Below are positions 54,677 through 64,000 of a stretch of 64,000 bases of DNA, one piece after another; within the stretch, counting starts at the first letter, position 1, and each line of letters starts with the position of its first letter. This DNA comes from Thermostichus sp. DRC_bins_24. Its GTDB lineage: Bacteria > Cyanobacteriota > Cyanobacteriia > Thermostichales > Thermostichaceae. The translations under genes were made by a program, and so were the position numbers. The stretch spans positions 1,225 to 65,224 of the forward strand of contig JAUQVK010000101.1 of assembly GCA_039794845.1 (NCBI GenBank). The letters are read 5' to 3'. The notes beneath the pieces were generated by a model. That model saw only the letters and a list, made by a program, of their open reading frames with translations. It did no database searches and was not told where the DNA came from.

Positions 54677-54918
54677 AGGTTCAAGTCCTGCTGGGGATTG
54701 ATGGAAAGCTCGACCTGCCGGGGCATTAAAGCCAGAATTACCCCGGCATATTCTCCCTCTTCGTAACGCTATCCGTATAAAGAACTACCACATCCCCGCG
54801 ACTCAATTCCAGCTTGAGGGCAGACCGTTGCGCCAAAAGCACGCTAGGAGGCGTCAGCGGAGCGGAGTCCTTGAACGCTAAAATAGCTTGGGCTATCTAT
54901 TCAGACGGAACCAGTACC

Positions 54919-56214
54919 TTGATCGAGCGTTACACCCTGCCAGAAATGGGCCAAATTTGGGCCAACCCACAGAAATTGCAGACCTGGCTGGAGGTGGAGC
55001 TCGCCGTTTGTGAGGCGCAAGCAGAATTGGGCAGGATCCCTAAGGAGGCCCTAGAGCAGATCAGGAGCAAAGCGGCCTTTGACCCAGAGCGGGTGCTGGA
55101 AATTGAGGCGGAAGTGAAGCACGATGTCATCGCCTTTTTAACCAACGTCAACGAATATGTGGGGGAGGCGGGGCGGTACATCCATGTCGGCCTCACCAGT
55201 TCCGATGTTTTGGATACCGCCTTATCTTTGCAGTTGGTGGCTTCTGTGGCGGTTTTGCAGGCGCGGCTGGCGGATCTGAGTGCCGCCATTCGCACACAAG
55301 CCCAGAAGCACCGGCATACCCTGATGATCGGGCGTACCCACGGGATCCATGCCGAGCCGATTACTTTTGGGTTTAAGTTGGTGGGCTGGCTGGCGGAGTG
55401 CCTGCGACATCAAGAGCGACTGGAGCGGTTGCAAACCTTGGTGGCGGTGGGCAAAATTTCCGGCGCGGTGGGAACCTACGCCAATGTCTCGCCGCAGGTG
55501 GAGCAGCTGGCCTGTGCCCGTTTGGGCCTCAAACCCGATACCGCCTCTACCCAGGTGATCTCGCGGGATCGCCATGCGGAGTACGTGCAAACCCTGGCCC
55601 TAATTGGATCTTCTCTAGAGCGCTTTGCCACCGAGATTCGCAACCTGCAACGGACGGATGTGCTGGAGGTGGAAGAATACTTCGCCCCCGGCCAAAAGGG
55701 ATCTTCCGCTATGCCCCACAAGCGCAACCCGATCAAGTCGGAACAACTGACGGGGATCGCTCGCCTGTTGCGGGGGTATGCCCTCTCGGCTCTAGAAAAC
55801 ATTCCCCTTTGGCATGAACGGGATATTTCCCACAGCTCCGTGGAACGGGTGATTTTGCCGGATGCTTCTATCCTTTGCCACTATCTGTTGGTGCAGATGA
55901 CCGATCTGGTGCAGCACCTGCAGGTACACGCGGGCAACATGGAACGCAACCTCAATATTTATGGCGGCGTGATCTTCAGCCAGCAAGTGTTGTTGGCCCT
56001 GGTGAATAAAGGTCTTAGTCGAGAAGAAGCCTATCGCCTGGTGCAAGAGAATGCCCACCGTGCCTGGAACCAACCCCAGGGGGATTTCCGGGCCAATTTG
56101 CGCTCAGATGCACGGGTGATGGCCCACTTGAGCGAAGCTGAGCTCGCGGCCTGTTTCGAGGCTGATCATCACTTGGTCCATCTGGATGAGATTTTTGCCC
56201 GTGTGGGCCTTTAA
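54919..56214 (+). CDS. purB: Adenylosuccinate lyase
   Basis: (M)IERY, HDVIAF, GLTSSD, GRTHG.HAEP, GSSAMPHKRNP and WHERDISHSS. A TTG start at 54919 gives 431 aa. Confidence 0.97.
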   Translation: MIERYTLPEMGQIWANPQKLQTWLEVELAVCEAQAELGRIPKEALEQIRSKAAFDPERVLEIEAEVKHDVIAFLTNVNEYVGEAGRYIHVGLTSSDVLDTALSLQLVASVAVLQARLADLSAAIRTQAQKHRHTLMIGRTHGIHAEPITFGFKLVGWLAECLRHQERLERLQTLVAVGKISGAVGTYANVSPQVEQLACARLGLKPDTASTQVISRDRHAEYVQTLALIGSSLERFATEIRNLQRTDVLEVEEYFAPGQKGSSAMPHKRNPIKSEQLTGIARLLRGYALSALENIPLWHERDISHSSVERVILPDASILCHYLLVQMTDLVQHLQVHAGNMERNLNIYGGVIFSQQVLLALVNKGLSREEAYRLVQENAHRAWNQPQGDFRANLRSDARVMAHLSEAELAACFEADHHLVHLDEIFARVGL

Positions 56215-56226
56215 GGGATCCACGGC

Positions 56227-57207
56227 ATGGTTTGGCAACGGCAACACGTTTTGGGCCTGGCGGACTTCACCCCGGAAGAGTACCAGATTGTTTTGCAGAC
56301 CACTGCCAGTTTTCGGGAAGTCTTAACCCGCCGCCTACCGAAGGTGCCCACGCTACAGGGCAAGGTGGTGGCCACCCTGTTTTTTGAGGCCTCCACCCGC
56401 ACCCGCAATAGCTTTGAGTTGGCGGCCAAACGGCTATCGGCGGATGTGCTGAACTTTGCCCCCGGCACTTCCTCTTTGAGCAAAGGAGAAACCATTCTGG
56501 ATACCGCCCGCACCTTCCTAGCGATGGGATCCGATCTGCTGATCATCCGTCATGCCCAGGCGGGAGTACCCCATCAGTTGGCCGCCGAAATTGCCCGCCG
56601 CGGATCCCCTACGGGGGTATTGAATGCCGGAGATGGCCTGCACGAACACCCCACCCAAGGGCTGTTGGATCTGTTTACCCTTTGCGCCCAACTGGAGCCC
56701 GAACGCCCCCGCCCAGAAGCCCTCCGGGGGGTGAAGATCGCCATCGTCGGCGATATTTTGCACTCGCGGGTGGCCCGTTCCGACATTCATGCCCTGGTGG
56801 CTGCCGGCGCGGAAGTGCACTTGGCTGGCCCCCCCACCCTGCTGCCGAAAGACTTCGCCCAGTTGATCCCCGGCCATACCCTGCCCCTTCATTGGCACCT
56901 GGAGCCGGCCCTAGAGGGATCCCGTTTTGTCATCACCCTGCGCCTACAACAGGAACGCATGAGCGAGTTTTTGCTGCCCAGCCTGCGGGAATACCACCAC
57001 TTTTTTGGCATCACCCGGCAGCGCCTGCAGCTGTGTCACCCGGAGGTGAAGCTCTTGCACCCCGGCCCCGTCAATCGCGGGGTGGAGCTCAGTTCTGAGG
57101 TGATGGAAGACCCCCAACTCAACCTGATCGAGCAGCAGGTTACCCACGGGGTGGCGGTGCGTATGGCCTTGCTTTACCTGATGGGGGGCGGCCGGATCCC
57201 TGCCTGA
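56227..57207 (+). CDS. pyrB: Aspartate carbamoyltransferase catalytic subunit
   Basis: [37 protein letters not shown] and HPGPVNRG. Confidence 0.97.
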   Translation: MVWQRQHVLGLADFTPEEYQIVLQTTASFREVLTRRLPKVPTLQGKVVATLFFEASTRTRNSFELAAKRLSADVLNFAPGTSSLSKGETILDTARTFLAMGSDLLIIRHAQAGVPHQLAAEIARRGSPTGVLNAGDGLHEHPTQGLLDLFTLCAQLEPERPRPEALRGVKIAIVGDILHSRVARSDIHALVAAGAEVHLAGPPTLLPKDFAQLIPGHTLPLHWHLEPALEGSRFVITLRLQQERMSEFLLPSLREYHHFFGITRQRLQLCHPEVKLLHPGPVNRGVELSSEVMEDPQLNLIEQQVTHGVAVRMALLYLMGGGRIPA

Positions 57208-57340
57208 GAAGGATTTGCCCGGAATGACCGCCCTTAGGGAACCGTTGAGGTTGCCTTTCGTCTAGAAAAGAGGAGGATGTAGCCAACCCCCTCCGTTGAA
57301 ACCCTGAAGGATACTTTGCTGGAGATCCTACTGGAACATT

Positions 57341-57461
57341 GCAAGCAGCCCTTAGCTTGTTGAGATGAAGAGCCATCTCTTCACCTCGAATTATTCTTTG
57401 ACGAAATTGCTTACAAGAGAGTTTTGGGATTTGCTGATACCTCACCTGCGGCGAAAGGTCT
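57341..57461 (-). pseudogene. Possible degraded 5' end of an IS5/ISL2-group element
   Basis: On the minus strand, AGACCTTTCG is followed by an ORF start RYQQIPKLSCKQFRQ, reminiscent of such transposase N-termini. The resemblance is weak and from memory. Confidence 0.25.
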
Positions 57462-57639
57462 CCTGATCCCCACTATCCAGTAATTTCCCTCAAATCCTTA
57501 CCCCATCAAGCTTTTCGGATCCCAATCCTCTAGGGATCCCTTTTTTGTCGCAATCTTAAATAAATTTAAATTGATGGGTGAGAGGTAGGTTTTTATCCCA
57601 AATCAACACATTCAAAAAAATCGGATCTTTTTCTCTTGA

Positions 57640-57680
57640 TTTAACCTGAATTTAACCTCAATATATTCTTCGCTTAACCT
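57640..57680 (+). promoter_or_regulatory. Cyanobacterial Pho box (SphR/PhoB site)
   Basis: YTTAACCT repeats in 11-bp phase at 57640, 57651 and 57673, with a degenerate unit at 57662, upstream of pstS. Confidence 0.9.
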
Positions 57681-57725
57681 TTAGGCTTTAGGGTTACAGG
57701 TGTTGATCTGCAACAGATATCACCT

Positions 57726-58805
57726 ATGCGATCTCTGCTTTCCGCCTCTATTCTTTCCCTAGCTGCCCTGGCAGTGGGATCCCTGGGGATGGCCCCTGCT
57801 CGTGCCCAAACCATCCAAATCTCCGGTGCGGGTGCGACCTTCGCCGCTCCGCTGCTACAGCGTTGGTTCGATGCCTACAACCGTACCGTTAACCCCAATG
57901 TGCAGGTTAGTTACCAGTCGGTGGGTAGTGGTGCTGGTTTGGAACAGTACATCAACGGCACTGTGGACTTCGGCGCTTCCGAAGGCCCGATGAACGAAAC
58001 CAACAACCGTTCCCGCTACGAAAACTTCCAAGCTAAGTTTGGCTACAAGCCACTGCAGTTGCCCCTAGCCGGTGGTGCCATCGAGTTTGCCTACAACCTG
58101 CCCGGTATTGGCGATCAAGAGTTGATCCTGAAGCGGGAAACCTATTGCGGCATCGTCACCGGCGAAATTACCCGCTGGGATGACATCCGCATCAAGGCCC
58201 AGAACCCCACCTTGGTGGATCGCCTGCCTGCTCTGGATATCACCTGGGTACACCGTTCCGACGGTTCGGGTACCACCTACGTGTTTACCAACCACATCAA
58301 CGCCGTTTGCCCCAACTGGACTGCTGGCTTTGGTACCTCTGTGGAGTGGCCCGTCGGAATTGGCGGACAGGGTAACGAAGGAGTAGCAGCGACCATCCTG
58401 CAAGAAGAAGGCGCGATTGGCTATGTGAACCAGTCCTACGCCAAGCTGGAAAACATGGATACCGCCCGCATCGAAAACAAGGCTGGCAATGTAGTTGCTT
58501 TCACCCCTGAAGGTGCCTCTGCCGCTTTGGATGCTCCTGTGCCGGAAGACTTTGCTCTGTTGGTACCCGACCCCGAAGGCCCAGACCACTACCCCATCGT
58601 TGGTTTGTTCTGGGTCATGCTTTACCGTGAATACCCGGATGCCGCCAAGCTAGAGGCTCTCGTGGATGCCATGAAGTGGACGCAAGGCCCAGATGGTCAA
58701 GCCATTACCCGCGAGCTGGACTACATCCCCATGCCGGATTCTGTGATTCAGCGGATTTTTGCGGAGCTGGATGCCATCACCGTCAACCCCAACGCGGTGC
58801 GATGA
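57726..58805 (+). CDS. pstS: Phosphate ABC transporter substrate-binding protein
   Basis: Signal peptide, GAGATF.APL, YQSVGSGAG, DFGAS, HRSDGSGTT and GNEGV. Confidence 0.95.
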   Translation: MRSLLSASILSLAALAVGSLGMAPARAQTIQISGAGATFAAPLLQRWFDAYNRTVNPNVQVSYQSVGSGAGLEQYINGTVDFGASEGPMNETNNRSRYENFQAKFGYKPLQLPLAGGAIEFAYNLPGIGDQELILKRETYCGIVTGEITRWDDIRIKAQNPTLVDRLPALDITWVHRSDGSGTTYVFTNHINAVCPNWTAGFGTSVEWPVGIGGQGNEGVAATILQEEGAIGYVNQSYAKLENMDTARIENKAGNVVAFTPEGASAALDAPVPEDFALLVPDPEGPDHYPIVGLFWVMLYREYPDAAKLEALVDAMKWTQGPDGQAITRELDYIPMPDSVIQRIFAELDAITVNPNAVR

Positions 58806-58836
58806 ATTGGTTTCAGTTTGAAATTCGCTAGCTTGT

Positions 58837-58885
58837 AGCCAGTGGTCGGTGGAGGGGTTTGTCGCCCTTCTACCGGCTACTGGTT
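58837..58885 (+). terminator. 21-bp RNA stem-loop after pstS (mRNA stabiliser or partial terminator)
   Basis: AGCCAGTGGTCGGTGGAGGGG (58837-58857) pairs without gaps with CCCTTCTACCGGCTACTGGTT (58865-58885), using five G-U pairs and a 7-nt loop. Confidence 0.75.
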
Positions 58886-59081
58886 TATCACTTGCACAGC
58901 GACAATCCACAGAGCTCGTTGCAAGGTTGGTGTCTCAAAAAGGTTTTCGGCTACGGATCCGTTTGGGTTGATATTCGCGGTTCAATTTTGAATGTTGACC
59001 AGAACACAGACACCCCCAACCGAAATGAGGTATTTAGGTTGAGAGTGATGTTAAAGAAAGAATTGCCACAGGGGAGGCCCT

Positions 59082-60059
59082 ATGACTTCGGCGGATAGAA
59101 CTTTAGATTCCTCGCAGGATATCAGCATAGAAAGAAAAATGGACACTTCCCGCGCCTTGGATGTGGGGTTTGTCCGTCTAACGCTGGCTCTGGCTAGCTT
59201 TGCGGGCATCATCCTCATTTGGGTGATTTTGCAAACTGCCGAAGCCGCTCTGCCCGCCATTCAACAATTTGGCTTGGGCTTTTTGGTTACCACCCGCTGG
59301 AACCCCGTCGAAGAAATTTTTGGGGTGCTGCCGCAGATCTACGGTACCCTGATGACCTCCTTGGTGGCCTTGATCTTCGCCATTCCCTTGGGCATTGGTA
59401 CGGCGATTTTCTTAACCGAAGATTTTGTGCCTAAGTGGATCACCACCCCGATTTCCTTTGCCATTGAGCTGATTGTGGCCATTCCCAGTGTGGTGTTGGG
59501 GCTGTGGGGCATCTTTGTGTTGATTCCGGCGGTGCGCCCCATCTTCCGAGCCATCAATGAGAGCATGAAGTGGTTCCCCCTTTTTGGTGGCCCTGCCCCG
59601 CGCGGACCCAGTTTGCTGATTGTGGGCTTGGTGCTTTCTATCATGATCTCCCCAATCATCATCTCCATTACCCGCAGCACCTTTGAGTCATTGCCCCGCA
59701 ACCTGCGCGATGGTGCCCTGGCTTTGGGGGCAACCCGTTGGGAAACCATCATGACCGTGATGATCCCTGCGGGTTTGTCGGGCATTGTTAGCTCCATCAT
59801 GTTGGCCATGGGCCGTGCCCTGGGAGAAACGATGGTGGCGGCGATGATCTCCGGCAATGCCAACCGTATTAATGTCTCCCTGATGCAGCCCGGATCTACC
59901 ATCACTGGCCTGATTGCCTCGCAGTTTGGGGAAGCAGGTCGGTTGCAGGTGTCAGCCCTGATGTACGCCGGGGTGGTCTTGATGGTGCTGTCTTTGTTGG
60001 TGAATATCCTGGCGGAGATCATCATCCGTAAATTCCAAAACCTTCAGCAGGCCAATTAG
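59082..60059 (+). CDS. pstC: Phosphate ABC transporter permease PstC
   Basis: WNPV...FG.LP.IYGT, AIPSVV.GLWG, ALGATRWE and RALGETM. Confidence 0.96.
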   Translation: MTSADRTLDSSQDISIERKMDTSRALDVGFVRLTLALASFAGIILIWVILQTAEAALPAIQQFGLGFLVTTRWNPVEEIFGVLPQIYGTLMTSLVALIFAIPLGIGTAIFLTEDFVPKWITTPISFAIELIVAIPSVVLGLWGIFVLIPAVRPIFRAINESMKWFPLFGGPAPRGPSLLIVGLVLSIMISPIIISITRSTFESLPRNLRDGALALGATRWETIMTVMIPAGLSGIVSSIMLAMGRALGETMVAAMISGNANRINVSLMQPGSTITGLIASQFGEAGRLQVSALMYAGVVLMVLSLLVNILAEIIIRKFQNLQQAN

Positions 60060-60100
60060 GAAACAATTGGAGAAGTTACCGATTTAGGAGTCTTTTTGTC

Positions 60101-60988
60101 ATGTCAAGCTCAGCACAGTTGGGCTCTGGGGATATCGACATCACCCGTGCCGCCATTGCCCCCATCCGCAACTATTCCGGTAAAGTTCTCACCATTCTCA
60201 GTGCCGTCTTTGTGGCTGTAATCATCGTTCTCTTGGCGTGGGTACTTTGGGACGTTGCCAAAGAAGGGGTGCATAAGCTCACTTGGTACTCCTTTACCCA
60301 AGTCCGTTACCCTGCCCCTGGCTTGTCTGATGGGGGATTCGGTCATGCGATTGTCGGTAGCCTGATGGTGTTGGCAACGGGGGCAGCCTTGAGCTTTCCT
60401 TTCGGGATCCTGGCGGCGGTATATCTTTCGGAGTTTGGTCGCGGTACCCGTTTGGCCTATTTGGTCAAGTTCTCCTGTAACGTGCTCACGGGGGTGCCAG
60501 CCATTCTCTGTGGCCTATTTGCCTATGCGGTGGTGGTGCGGGGATCCGGCTTTTCCGCTTTTTCGGGGGGGATCGCACTGGGGGTGTTGATGCTGCCCAT
60601 CGTGATTCGCTCTACGGAAGAGGCGTTGTTGCTGGTGTCTCCCGATATGCGCTTGGCCTCGATTGGCTTGGGATCCACCCGCTTTCAAACCACGATGCGG
60701 ATTGTCCTGCCAGCAGCAGCTCCGGCGATTGTGACGGGGTTGATTTTGGCCTTGGCACGGGCGGCGGGTGAGGCGGCCCCCTTGCTGTTTACCTCCTTCA
60801 ACAACAACTTCTGGTCTACCAACCTATTTGGCCCGGTGGCTACTTTGCCGGTGATGACCTACTTCTTTGCCATCATTCCCTACAAACCCCAGCAAGAATT
60901 GGCTTGGGCGGGTGCTTTGGTGCTATTGGCGATGGTGCTAATCGCTAGCCTCCTCTCCCGCTTTGTGGTGCACAAAACCAAAAAGTAA
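60101..60988 (+). CDS. pstA: Phosphate ABC transporter permease PstA
   Basis: GG.GHAI.GS, AVYLSEF, GVPAI..GLF and ARAAGEAAPLLFT. Confidence 0.96.
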   Translation: MSSSAQLGSGDIDITRAAIAPIRNYSGKVLTILSAVFVAVIIVLLAWVLWDVAKEGVHKLTWYSFTQVRYPAPGLSDGGFGHAIVGSLMVLATGAALSFPFGILAAVYLSEFGRGTRLAYLVKFSCNVLTGVPAILCGLFAYAVVVRGSGFSAFSGGIALGVLMLPIVIRSTEEALLLVSPDMRLASIGLGSTRFQTTMRIVLPAAAPAIVTGLILALARAAGEAAPLLFTSFNNNFWSTNLFGPVATLPVMTYFFAIIPYKPQQELAWAGALVLLAMVLIASLLSRFVVHKTKK

Positions 60989-61045
60989 CTTGCTCTGTAT
61001 CTTGCTTTCCCTCTCGAGACGATCGCGCAAGCGGTGTAAAACATT

Positions 61046-61870
61046 ATGAACTCTAACCCTGTGAGTGGTGCCATGCAAACCAAATCCCCCAACCAAACTT
61101 CCTACGTTTTCAAAACCGAAAATCTGAACGTCTATTACGGCTCTAACCTGGCGGTGAAAAACGTCAATTTAGACATTCCCGCTCGGCAGATCACCGCCTT
61201 TATCGGCCCCTCCGGCTGTGGCAAAAGTACCGTCTTGCGCTGCTTTAACCGCACCAACGATTTGATCCCTGGCGCACGGGTAGAAGGCAAGCTCACCTAC
61301 CACGGCAAAGACCTCTACGCCGAAAACGTGGATCCGGTGTCGGTACGGCGACGCATTGGCATGGTGTTCCAAAAGCCCAACCCTTTTCCCAAAACCATCT
61401 ACGACAACATCGCCTACGGCCCACGGGTGCTGGGCATGAAGGTGGATATGGACGAAGTGGTGGAAACCTCTCTAAAGCGGGCTGCCCTTTGGGATGAAGT
61501 CAAAGACAAACTCAAAGAAAGTGGCCAATCGTTGTCGGGGGGGCAGCAGCAGCGTCTGTGTATCGCCCGTGCTTTGGCGGTGAAGCCGGATGTGATCTTG
61601 ATGGATGAGCCTTGCTCCGCTTTGGATCCGATTTCTACCCGCCGCATTGAGGAGCTGATGAAGGAGCTGGAGGAGGAGTACACGATCATCATCGTTACCC
61701 ACAATATGCAGCAGGCCAGCCGTGTTTCCGATATGACTGCCTTTTTCAGCGTGGAATTGGTGGGATCCAACCGCGTCGGCGAGCTGATGGAGTTCGATAA
61801 AACTGAGGTGATCTTCAACAATCCTGTTAAGGAAGCCACCAAGGATTACGTGGAAGGCCGCTTCGGCTAA
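61046..61870 (+). CDS. pstB: Phosphate ABC transporter ATPase
   Basis: [40 protein letters not shown] and YVEGRFG. Confidence 0.97.
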   Translation: MNSNPVSGAMQTKSPNQTSYVFKTENLNVYYGSNLAVKNVNLDIPARQITAFIGPSGCGKSTVLRCFNRTNDLIPGARVEGKLTYHGKDLYAENVDPVSVRRRIGMVFQKPNPFPKTIYDNIAYGPRVLGMKVDMDEVVETSLKRAALWDEVKDKLKESGQSLSGGQQQRLCIARALAVKPDVILMDEPCSALDPISTRRIEELMKELEEEYTIIIVTHNMQQASRVSDMTAFFSVELVGSNRVGELMEFDKTEVIFNNPVKEATKDYVEGRFG

Positions 61871-61998
61871 ACCGATTGGCCGCGCAGGGGATCCCCGGAG
61901 GCAAGATACCCCTTCAGACTGTTCTTGACGAACTCTTTTGTCAACCCTTTCCACCGATGATCGGGGTCTAGAACGATTGCTTTTGAATAGGGATCCCT

Positions 61999-63366
61999 AT
62001 GACCGTTGCCGCTCCGGATAAGCTGCAAGCCTTACGTTCCGCCCTCACCGGCATTGAAATCATCACGGATCCGGTGCAGATCACCAAGTTATCGCTGGAT
62101 TTTTATCATTACAGCCCCGTGCTCACCCGGCAACTGAGCGACAAACGAGGGGATCTGGTAGTACGCCCCGCCAATGAGGCAGAAGTGTTGCGGGTAGCGG
62201 CAGCCTGTGCCCAACAACGGATCCCGGTCACGATTCGCGGCGCCGGGACAGGCAACTACGGCCAGTGCATTCCGATGGCGGGCGGTGTCATCCTGGATGT
62301 GAGCAAGCTGAACCAGGTGCTCTGGGCTAAACCCGGAGTGGCACGGGTTCAGGCGGGGGCCAAGTTGATGGCCATCGACAAACAAACCCGCGAGATTGGT
62401 TGGGAGATCCGCATGGCCCCTTCCACCTATCGCACTGCCACAATTGGGGGCTTTATTGCTGGCGGCAGTGGGGGCATTGGCTCCATCACCTACGGTCAAC
62501 TGCGGGATCGGGGCAATATCCTAGGGTTGCGGGTGGTCACCTTGGAGGAAGAACCGCGCATTATTGAGCTGCGAGGAGATGAAGTTTTCAAGGTCAGCCA
62601 TGCCTGGGGACTCAACGGCATCATCACCGAAGTGGAAATTCCTCTGGGGCCTGCTTACCCTTGGGCAGAATTGGTGGTGGCCTTTCCCCGTGAGGGGGGC
62701 TTTATGCCCTGTGCCCATTTTGGTCAAGCCCTGGGAGACGCGGACGGGATCATCAAAAAAATGATCAGCCTGCACGCCTGGCCCATCCCCAGTTACTTTG
62801 CACCGCTACGGGGATCCATACCCGAGGGATCCGCCATTGCCCTGCTGATGATTGCCGAATCGAGTGTCGAACCCCTGATGGAGTTGATCCGCGAACATGG
62901 AGGCCAGGTGGTTTACCACAAAACCGCCCAAGAGGCCAGCAAAGGGATCATGCTGGGGGAATTCACCTGGAACCACACCACCCTACACTGTCGCAGCGTC
63001 GACACAGGCCTTACCTATTTGCAATCGGCTTTTCCGACCGACCGAGAGCTGAAAATGGTGCAGCACATGTATGAGTATTTTGGCGATGAAGTGCTGATGC
63101 ACCTGGAGTTTATCCGTATTGATGGGCAAGCTACCCCGGTAGGTTTACAAATTGTGCGTTTTACCACCGAAGATCGCCTCAATGAGATTATGCGCTACCA
63201 CGAAGAGCATGGGGTATTCATCGCCAACCCCCATACGTTCATCATCGAAGATGGCGGGCGCAAAGTGATGGATCCACGTCAGATTCGCTTCAAAGAAGAA
63301 GTGGATCCCTATGGGTTGCTCAACCCCGGAAAAATGCGCACCTGGACGGAACGAGCCTCAGCATAG
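61999..63366 (+). CDS. FAD-binding (PCMH/VAO-type) oxidoreductase
   Basis: RGAGTGNYGQ, PST...ATIGGFIAGGSGG.GS, HAWGLNGIIT, WNHTT and DPYGLLNPGK. Confidence 0.9.
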   Translation: MTVAAPDKLQALRSALTGIEIITDPVQITKLSLDFYHYSPVLTRQLSDKRGDLVVRPANEAEVLRVAAACAQQRIPVTIRGAGTGNYGQCIPMAGGVILDVSKLNQVLWAKPGVARVQAGAKLMAIDKQTREIGWEIRMAPSTYRTATIGGFIAGGSGGIGSITYGQLRDRGNILGLRVVTLEEEPRIIELRGDEVFKVSHAWGLNGIITEVEIPLGPAYPWAELVVAFPREGGFMPCAHFGQALGDADGIIKKMISLHAWPIPSYFAPLRGSIPEGSAIALLMIAESSVEPLMELIREHGGQVVYHKTAQEASKGIMLGEFTWNHTTLHCRSVDTGLTYLQSAFPTDRELKMVQHMYEYFGDEVLMHLEFIRIDGQATPVGLQIVRFTTEDRLNEIMRYHEEHGVFIANPHTFIIEDGGRKVMDPRQIRFKEEVDPYGLLNPGKMRTWTERASA

Positions 63367-63394
63367 TCTACTTGATCTAGTTGATCTAGAAGGT

Positions 63395-63670
63395 TTACAT
63401 CTGTCCCAACAACTTGTCGTATTCTGCATGGGAGCCGATCCAAAACCAGATCATGGTATCCCCATCAACCTGACCTACCGCCCGGTAGTTCTTGCTAATA
63501 CGGGCAGAATAAAAATAAATTGGCAACTCTGGGTGCACTTTTTTGAAATGTAGACTGGGATAGTTCGGATCTTCCTGGAACAGGCGATAGGCTGCACGGG
63601 CCTGCTGTTGAACCTGCTCAGGCAATCCAGTAAACAACTTACGAAACTGGGCTGTAGTGCGCGACTTCAC
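63395..63670 (-). CDS. RelE/ParE-like type II toxin
   Basis: F.K....LP..VQ..A..AY.LF..DP.YPSL.FKK, SARI..NYRAVG and WFWIGSHAEYD. The GTG start overlaps the upstream TGA. Confidence 0.85.
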   Translation of the reverse strand: MKSRTTAQFRKLFTGLPEQVQQQARAAYRLFQEDPNYPSLHFKKVHPELPIYFYSARISKNYRAVGQVDGDTMIWFWIGSHAEYDKLLGQM

Positions 63671-63885
63671 AGCGTCTCTGGATTAAGTTCCTGGGTTTCT
63701 CCGGCCTGATACTCAGCCATTGCTGAAGCTGCGAGTTTGGCAAGCACATCTGGAGAACGGGAGAAGGTTTCATCCCAACGACGCTCATCCTCAATCTCTT
63801 CCAGGATAATTGAAGCAATTGCGTTTTGCTCACTTTCAGGCAAAGACTGCAACCTGGCGATTGCATGCTGAAGCAACTCAGTCAT
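63667..63885 (-). CDS. Putative cognate antitoxin
   Basis: An acidic 72-aa protein (LPESEQNAIA..ILEEIEDE.RWD..F..S...L..LA..A..EY.AG.T) coupled to the toxin by a GTGA overlap. Confidence 0.8.
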   Translation of the reverse strand: MTELLQHAIARLQSLPESEQNAIASIILEEIEDERRWDETFSRSPDVLAKLAASAMAEYQAGETQELNPETL

Positions 63886-63950
63886 CACCACTCTACCCGT
63901 CACTTCATACCGACTTTATCCACTATCGCAGCTCTCAGGGAGATTGGGCA

Positions 63951-64000
63951 TACAGCCCTTGCGCGGGTTTTCTACAGCAGGGCTTATGCTTCCTCCTCTC
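63951..64000. mobile_element. MITE copy 3 (partial at the right window edge)
   Basis: TA-CAGCCCTTGCGCGGGTTTTCTACAGCAGGGCTTATGCTTC matches the reverse complement of 16329-16370 with two mismatches. Confidence 0.75.

Noticed and set aside
54817..54872. Hairpin upstream of purB (CCGTTG-CGCC...GGCG-T-CAGCGG) as a possible purine/ZTP riboswitch
   Set aside because: I could not find the conserved nucleotides of the purine, ZTP or PRPP riboswitches, and modest stems are expected by chance at this GC content.

Overview
Chromosomal window from a cyanobacterium. It holds a beta-carboxysome ccmK2K1LMNO operon, ndhO, pds-crtB, gap2 and a Pho-box-led pstSCAB operon. The very frequent GGGATCCC palindrome points to the thermophilic Thermostichus (Synechococcus OS-A/OS-B') lineage. 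Most of the window is housekeeping genes in short, shuffled blocks: tgt, tyrS, glyS, serS, ilvC, uvrC, nadE, purB, pyrB, sodB, fni and PBP1a. Two RNA genes are absent from the ORF track: tRNA-Leu(CAG) at 7564-7646 and SRP RNA at 48435-48529. Accessory features include three copies of a ~105-bp TA-flanked MITE, a lone-tnpB IS200/IS605 element with intact RuvC that appears to sit in the 3' end of a small gene, two internally deleted pseudogenes and a RelE/ParE-type TA pair. The most intriguing signals are (i) an unannotated ~165-nt structured and apparently bistable element (6S-like or novel ncRNA) between tRNA-Leu and an orphan Roadblock-like gene in an AT-rich islet, (ii) a cNMP + degenerate sigma54-activator AAA+ + membrane polyferredoxin fusion with no DNA-binding domain, and (iii) an orphan slr1658/slr1659-type partner-switching pair with a TPR gene. 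No CRISPR array or prophage was seen. All calls come from reading the sequence and recalling motifs; no searches or folding programs were run.
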